DNA of 57,584 nucleotides from Lentisphaeria bacterium (GTDB lineage Bacteria; Verrucomicrobiota; Lentisphaeria; Oligosphaerales; Oligosphaeraceae): NCBI GenBank assembly GCA_016303095.1, contig JAEDMH010000001.1, positions 1 to 57,584 of the forward strand, read 5' to 3'. Shown piece by piece: positions 53,465 to 57,584 of this stretch (position 1 is its first letter; each line of letters starts with the position of its first letter). The notes under the pieces were generated by a model. It saw only the letters and a program-made list of their open reading frames with translations, ran no database searches and was not told where the DNA came from. The position numbers and the translations under genes were made by a program.

Positions 53465-54373
53465 ATGCGTGTTCCTCCGGAAATCCTCAAGCGCCTGGGG
53501 GAATGCCGCATCTTGGCGCCTCGCCTCATGGAGGGACTCCCCCGAGCGGGCATTCAGCGCAGCCGACGGCCGGGAGAGGGACTGGAGTTTCATCATTATC
53601 GCCCCTACATGGCCGGGGATAATCTGCGTCACTTGGATTGGCGTCTCTATGGAAGAGGGGGCGGACTGGCCGTGCGGGTGCAGACCCCTGACGCTCCCGG
53701 ACGCTTCGCCCTTCTTCTGGACGCCTCCGCCTCCATGGGATACCAGGGGGAGCATTCTCCCTGCAGCAAATGGTCCTATGCCCTCCTCCTGGCCGCCTGT
53801 CTGGGATGGGTGGCCGCCCGCCAAGGGGAACAACTGGGACTGTTCCCCTACCAGCAGGGGTTGCGGGAGGAAGCCGGGAATCATCTCTCCTTCGAAATGC
53901 TCTGCGCACGCCTGGATGTCTTGGAGGGCAGGGCGGCGAATCGGGGAAACCCAGACGCGGCTCTCCCCGCCTGCGGAGATTTCCTGGCGGGACGGGGCAT
54001 CGCCTTTTGGATCTCGGATTTCCTGGAGGGGGAGGAGCAATTGGCCTTCCGCCTCCGTACGCTGCGCGCCTCCTGCAGCGGCGTGTATGCCATCCAGGTG
54101 CTGGATGAGGATGAAATCCAGCTCCCCTTCCCGGAGGCGCGTCTTTTTCAGGATCCGGAACAGGAGGGAAGAGAAGTGGCCGCCCTCGCTCCCCTGGCCC
54201 GCAAGGACTATCAACATCGTCTGCAAGAACACCAGGCCCGCATCCACTCCATCTTTCAAGAGGAGGAAATCCCGCTGGCAACTCTGATCACCCGGGAGGA
54301 CCCAGGAACCGCCTTGGGAAATTTTCTGGCCTCCTCGGGAGAATGCCCTCCGTCCGCCCTGCACGCAAGGTGA
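53465..54373 (+). CDS. DUF58-family (vWA-like, MoxR-associated) protein
   Basis: RRPGEGLEFHHYRPYMAGDNLRHLDWRLYGR followed by LLLDASASM matches the DUF58 signature. Confidence 0.8.
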   Translation: MRVPPEILKRLGECRILAPRLMEGLPRAGIQRSRRPGEGLEFHHYRPYMAGDNLRHLDWRLYGRGGGLAVRVQTPDAPGRFALLLDASASMGYQGEHSPCSKWSYALLLAACLGWVAARQGEQLGLFPYQQGLREEAGNHLSFEMLCARLDVLEGRAANRGNPDAALPACGDFLAGRGIAFWISDFLEGEEQLAFRLRTLRASCSGVYAIQVLDEDEIQLPFPEARLFQDPEQEGREVAALAPLARKDYQHRLQEHQARIHSIFQEEEIPLATLITREDPGTALGNFLASSGECPPSALHAR

Positions 54374-54537
54374 GGAAAACATGTTTTGTGCAATACATTA
54401 AGCCCCGTTTCTTTTGCTCTCCCCGCCTTCCTCCTCCCCCCGGGAGGCCATGAGGCCATGGCGGTGCCCCTCTCCCCATTCATCCCCCCCTTTGTCTGAC
54501 GCTACCCTTGGCACGCCAAGGAAAAGGCACAGTTTCT

Positions 54538-55947
54538 ATGCTGAATAAACATACCGTGGAGAAAATCGGCGGGACTTCCATGTCCCGCTTCGGCGAAGTC
54601 ATGCGGAATGTCATCATTGGACACCGCAGGCCGGAGGAGTACTACAACCGGATCTTCATCGTCTCCGCCTACGGGGGAATCACCAATCTCCTCCTGGAGG
54701 ACAAGAAGACGGGGGCGCCCGGGGTCTACGGACGCTTTGCCATGGACGATTCCGCCTGGGAGCAGGCTCTGGAGAATGTGCGCCAAAGCATGCTGGAGTA
54801 TAATCGCTCCTTCGTGAGCATCGGACTGGATCAGACCGCCGCCGACGAATTCGTAAACCGGCGCATCGATGGGGTCTGCGAATGCCTCCATGACCTGACC
54901 AATCTCCGCTCCTTCGGACACTTCGACCATAAGAGCTTCCTCCCCCAGACCCGGGAACTCCTCAGCGCCGTGGGCGAGGCGCAAAGCGCATTCAATTCTG
55001 CCAATATCCTCCAACGCAACGGCGTCAATGCCCGCTTCGTGGATCTCACGGGCTGGAAGGTGGATTCCCTGCCCACCTTCGACAATGCCATTCTCGAGGC
55101 CTTCAAGGATATCGATTTGAGCCAGGAACTCCCCATCGTCACCGGATATGTGAAATACGACGAGGGAATCATGACTCATTTCGACCGGGGCTACAGCGAG
55201 ATTACCTTCAGCAAAATCGCGGTCCTGACCAAGGCCAGGGAGGGCATCATCCACAAGGAGTACCATCTTTGCACCGGAGATCCCAAGGTCATCGGCATGG
55301 ACAAGGTGAAGATCATCGGCCATACGAATTTCGACATCGCCGACCAGCTCTCCGACCTGGATATGGAGGCCATTCACTCCAAAGCCTCCAAGGACATGGA
55401 GCAGTGCGGCATCCCCATTCGGGTCAAGAATGCCTTCGACCCCGAAAATCCCGGCACCCTCATCAGCTGCGATTACATCTCCCCCACGCCTCGGGTGGAG
55501 ATGATCTGCGGACGCAGCGATGTGGTGGGCATCGAGGTGGTGGATCCGGAAATGGTCTCCAAACCCGGCTATGACTACACTCTCCTGCAGAGTTTCGTGG
55601 ACTACCGCATCAGCTACGTGACGAAGACCACCAATGCCAATACCATCACCCACTTCGTTCCCAGCAAGAAGATGCCCATCGAGGGATGCATGGAGGATAT
55701 TCGACGCCGTCTGCCCCAGGCCTCCATCTACTCCTTCCCTGCGGCCATCGTCTCCATCATCGGCACCAACATGAAGATCCCTGGCTTCCTCTCCAAGGCG
55801 GCCAAGGCTCTCTCCGATGTCGGGATCAACACCCTGGCCATGGTCCAGTCTCCCCGCCAGATCAATATGCAGTTCATTGTGCGCCGGGAGGATTTCCACA
55901 AGGCGCAAATCTCTCTCCATCGGGCCCTGGTGGAAGAAGTGGAGTAG
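54538..55947 (+). CDS. Aspartate kinase
   Basis: VEKIGGTSM and IVSAYGGITN kinase N-lobe, plus a C-terminal ACT-like region (SIIGTNM, GINTLAMVQS). Start assigned at MLNKHTV (54538). Confidence 0.8.
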   Translation: MLNKHTVEKIGGTSMSRFGEVMRNVIIGHRRPEEYYNRIFIVSAYGGITNLLLEDKKTGAPGVYGRFAMDDSAWEQALENVRQSMLEYNRSFVSIGLDQTAADEFVNRRIDGVCECLHDLTNLRSFGHFDHKSFLPQTRELLSAVGEAQSAFNSANILQRNGVNARFVDLTGWKVDSLPTFDNAILEAFKDIDLSQELPIVTGYVKYDEGIMTHFDRGYSEITFSKIAVLTKAREGIIHKEYHLCTGDPKVIGMDKVKIIGHTNFDIADQLSDLDMEAIHSKASKDMEQCGIPIRVKNAFDPENPGTLISCDYISPTPRVEMICGRSDVVGIEVVDPEMVSKPGYDYTLLQSFVDYRISYVTKTTNANTITHFVPSKKMPIEGCMEDIRRRLPQASIYSFPAAIVSIIGTNMKIPGFLSKAAKALSDVGINTLAMVQSPRQINMQFIVRREDFHKAQISLHRALVEEVE

Positions 55948-55981
55948 GAGACGCCTCTCCTTCCTAGGCGAGGAACTCCTC

Positions 55982-55993
55982 GGGGGGGGGGGG
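55982..55993. repeat. Homopolymeric G12 tract
   Basis: Twelve consecutive G in the aspartate kinase / GHL10-like intergenic region, 113 nt upstream of ATG 56106. Confidence 0.9.
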
Positions 55994-56105
55994 CAAAGCG
56001 GCCCCCGCCTCCCCCGGCACAGGAATTGGGCGGCTTCCCCGGAAGAACGGGAGGCCGCTCTTCTTTTGTTACCAGAGACCCAGGGAATCTTCCCCTTCTC
56101 CCGTC

Positions 56106-57584
56106 ATGCCACTCCCCCCCCTCTTCCGTTTCCTTCGCTTCGTCGCTCTGCTTGCCTTGGGATTCCTGGGAATGCCTCTGGAGAACGCCTTGGGCCAGGA
56201 GGCCCCCGGCACCGAACTCCGGGGTGCCTGGATCCACTCCCCCAGGGGTATCCAAGGATGGGGATGGGACGCCACGGTGAAGACCTTGGCAGACCATGGC
56301 TTCAATGCCCTCTTCGCCAATTTCTCCTGGACGGTCTCCGGGGACTACCCCAGCCGCTTCTCTGTCCCCCATCCCAGCTTGCAACAAAAGGATGGCACTG
56401 TCCAGGACTTGCTCCAGGAATGCCTGGAGGCCTGTCGCAAATACGGAATCCAACTCCATGTCTGGGTGGTGGTGTGCAACATGGGGGAGCATACGCCGGA
56501 ATCCGTGAAGGAAGCCCTGCGCAAGGCAGGACGCACCCAAAGGGACCGCCAGGGCAACCCCTCCGACTATTTGGCCCCCCAACTCCCGGAAAACCAGGAA
56601 CTCCTCCGACAAGTTCTGACCGAACTGGTGACGCAATACCCGGTGGATGGGGTCCACCTGGATTACATCCGGTATCCCTTGGGGGAATTCGACTGCTCCC
56701 CCGCCGCCAAACGAGATTTTCAGAAAGCCCTGGGCCGCCCCGTGGAACATTGGCCCCAGGAGGTCATGCCTGGCGGCGCCCTGCGGGACGCCTATCGCCA
56801 ATGGTGCCGGAACAATGTCACCGCCTTGGTCCGGGTGGCGCGCCAGGCCCTGGATGCGGCGCGGCCGGAAGCGGCCCTCTCCGCCGCCGTCTACGGATAC
56901 TGGCCGGGGGCCAGGGAGAGTGTGGCCCAGGATGCCGCCGCCTGGGTGGAGGAGGGGCTGGTGGATTTCCTTTGTCCCATGAACTACAGTGGAAAGCCGG
57001 AGGAGGCCGCCCAATGGCTGAGGAGCCAAATCCAGAGGGTGGACGGACGCATTCCTCTCTATTCCGGACTGGCGAACTATATGTGCGAGACGCCGGAAGC
57101 GCTGCGCCAGGAGATTCGGGATGCCCGACGGGAGGGGGCGGAGGGATTCGTGTGCTTCCAACTGAAGGAAAGCTTCGCCCAAGAATGGCTCCCCATCCTG
57201 GGACAGCATGAAACCGCCCAAAAGGCGCCTCCTCCCCAGCGTTGGGGCACCCCCCGCCCCTCCTGGAAATGGACAGGGGGAGAGTGGCAGAACCCTCCTT
57301 GGTTTCTCTTCTGGAAACATCAGGGGTGGGCACCTCTGGTCTGCCAGGCGACATTCCCCCATGAAGGGAACCCCAGCAGCCAAAAAAACCTCCGCTTCAC
57401 GCTCCTCCACCAAGGCTCCCCAACCTCCATCCAGGGGAAGGCACAATGGCGGGAAAATCGCACGCTCCAACTTTCCTTCCTCCCGGAAACCCCGGGACTC
57501 TATCAATGGCATCTGGAGGAAAGGGGCGATGGGGAACACGAGCCCAGCATCCTCTGGAAATCCACCCCCTTCCTCTGGGAGGGA
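56106..57584 (+). CDS. Secreted GHL10/DUF187-like glycoside-hydrolase-like protein (3' end beyond the window)
   Basis: Hand-translated open frame from ATG 56106 to the window end (493 codons, no stop), so it is absent from the ORF track. Signal MPLPPLFRFLRFVALLALGFLG. ELRGAWIHS, VDGVHLDYIRYP and LCPMNY blocks. The listed ORFs 55728..57539(-) and 55817..57211(+) are Pro/Gly/Arg-rich shadow frames. Confidence 0.7.
   Translation, partial: MPLPPLFRFLRFVALLALGFLGMPLENALGQEAPGTELRGAWIHSPRGIQGWGWDATVKTLADHGFNALFANFSWTVSGDYPSRFSVPHPSLQQKDGTVQDLLQECLEACRKYGIQLHVWVVVCNMGEHTPESVKEALRKAGRTQRDRQGNPSDYLAPQLPENQELLRQVLTELVTQYPVDGVHLDYIRYPLGEFDCSPAAKRDFQKALGRPVEHWPQEVMPGGALRDAYRQWCRNNVTALVRVARQALDAARPEAALSAAVYGYWPGARESVAQDAAAWVEEGLVDFLCPMNYSGKPEEAAQWLRSQIQRVDGRIPLYSGLANYMCETPEALRQEIRDARREGAEGFVCFQLKESFAQEWLPILGQHETAQKAPPPQRWGTPRPSWKWTGGEWQNPPWFLFWKHQGWAPLVCQATFPHEGNPSSQKNLRFTLLHQGSPTSIQGKAQWRENRTLQLSFLPETPGLYQWHLEERGDGEHEPSILWKSTPFLWEG

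Noticed and set aside
53189-54373. tRNA-Gly pair as the edge of an integrated element.
   Set aside because: No integrase, no partial tRNA direct repeat and no obvious compositional change downstream. The next genes (DUF58, aspartate kinase) look chromosomal.
54374-54537. Possible lysine riboswitch or other leader upstream of aspartate kinase.
   Set aside because: The spacer is short (about 160 nt) and I could not find the conserved L-box core elements. It cannot be excluded without an Infernal scan.
55728-57539. 603-aa minus-strand ORF and 464-aa plus-strand ORF (55817..57211) near the window end.
   Set aside because: Both have Pro/Gly/Arg-rich nonsense-like translations. A third frame (56106 onward) encodes a signal peptide plus GHL10-like motifs and is the credible gene.

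Overview
GC-rich (about 60% by eye) bacterial chromosome segment. It is probably from a PVC-superphylum organism (Verrucomicrobiota/Lentisphaerota-like). That guess rests on a prepilin-type N-terminal methylation + H-X9-DG protein and a BatA-type N-terminal double-TM protein; no search was run. Most of the window is housekeeping. (1) 0-6 kb: a DMT permease, a large hypothetical protein, an XRE regulator and rpsA. (2) 7.6-14.4 kb, minus strand: sialate O-acetylesterase, a G3P dehydrogenase-like gene, a nucleosidase-like gene, a BatA-like gene and an RluA-type pseudouridine synthase. (3) 14.5-19.9 kb: a tightly overlapping aromatic amino-acid operon (DAHP synthase, tyrA, aroB, aroA, aroC). (4) hldD and a secreted coiled-coil protein. 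(5) 22.3-30.4 kb: rplV through secY, the distal S10 operon plus the spc operon. (6) 40.0-51.3 kb: rplK-rplA-rplJ-rplL-rpoB-rpoC. (7) 51.4 kb to the end: an alpha-galactosidase-like gene, two tandem tRNA-Gly(GCC), a DUF58 gene, aspartate kinase, and a GHL10-like ORF that runs off the window and is absent from the ORF track. The unusual part is a ~9.3-kb accessory island (about 30.5-39.8 kb) between the secY terminator and the rplK promoter. It holds five paralogous ~300-aa proteins, each with a signal peptide and a C-terminal TM helix plus basic tail. Their fold is guessed to be LolA/RseB-like. It also holds two very divergent small secreted proteins that share a symmetric CX3C-X10-C-Xn-C-X10-CX3C scaffold, and each of these lies directly upstream of one paralog. 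Other island genes are a periplasmic rhodanese-like protein coupled to a Cys-bearing 4-TM (MauE/DoxX- or DsbB-like) protein, a pseudopilin-like protein, and a short Wzy_C-like membrane protein. Repeat structure in the island includes a duplicated AT-rich promoter cassette, an 878-bp near-identical direct repeat, paralogs with near-identical ends and divergent centres, and composite direct repeats with TCTAGA cores around the second module. I propose it as a candidate undescribed envelope system: a disulfide-ladder peptide with a cognate tethered binding or immunity protein and dedicated redox maturation. All functional calls come from reading the translations, not from database searches.
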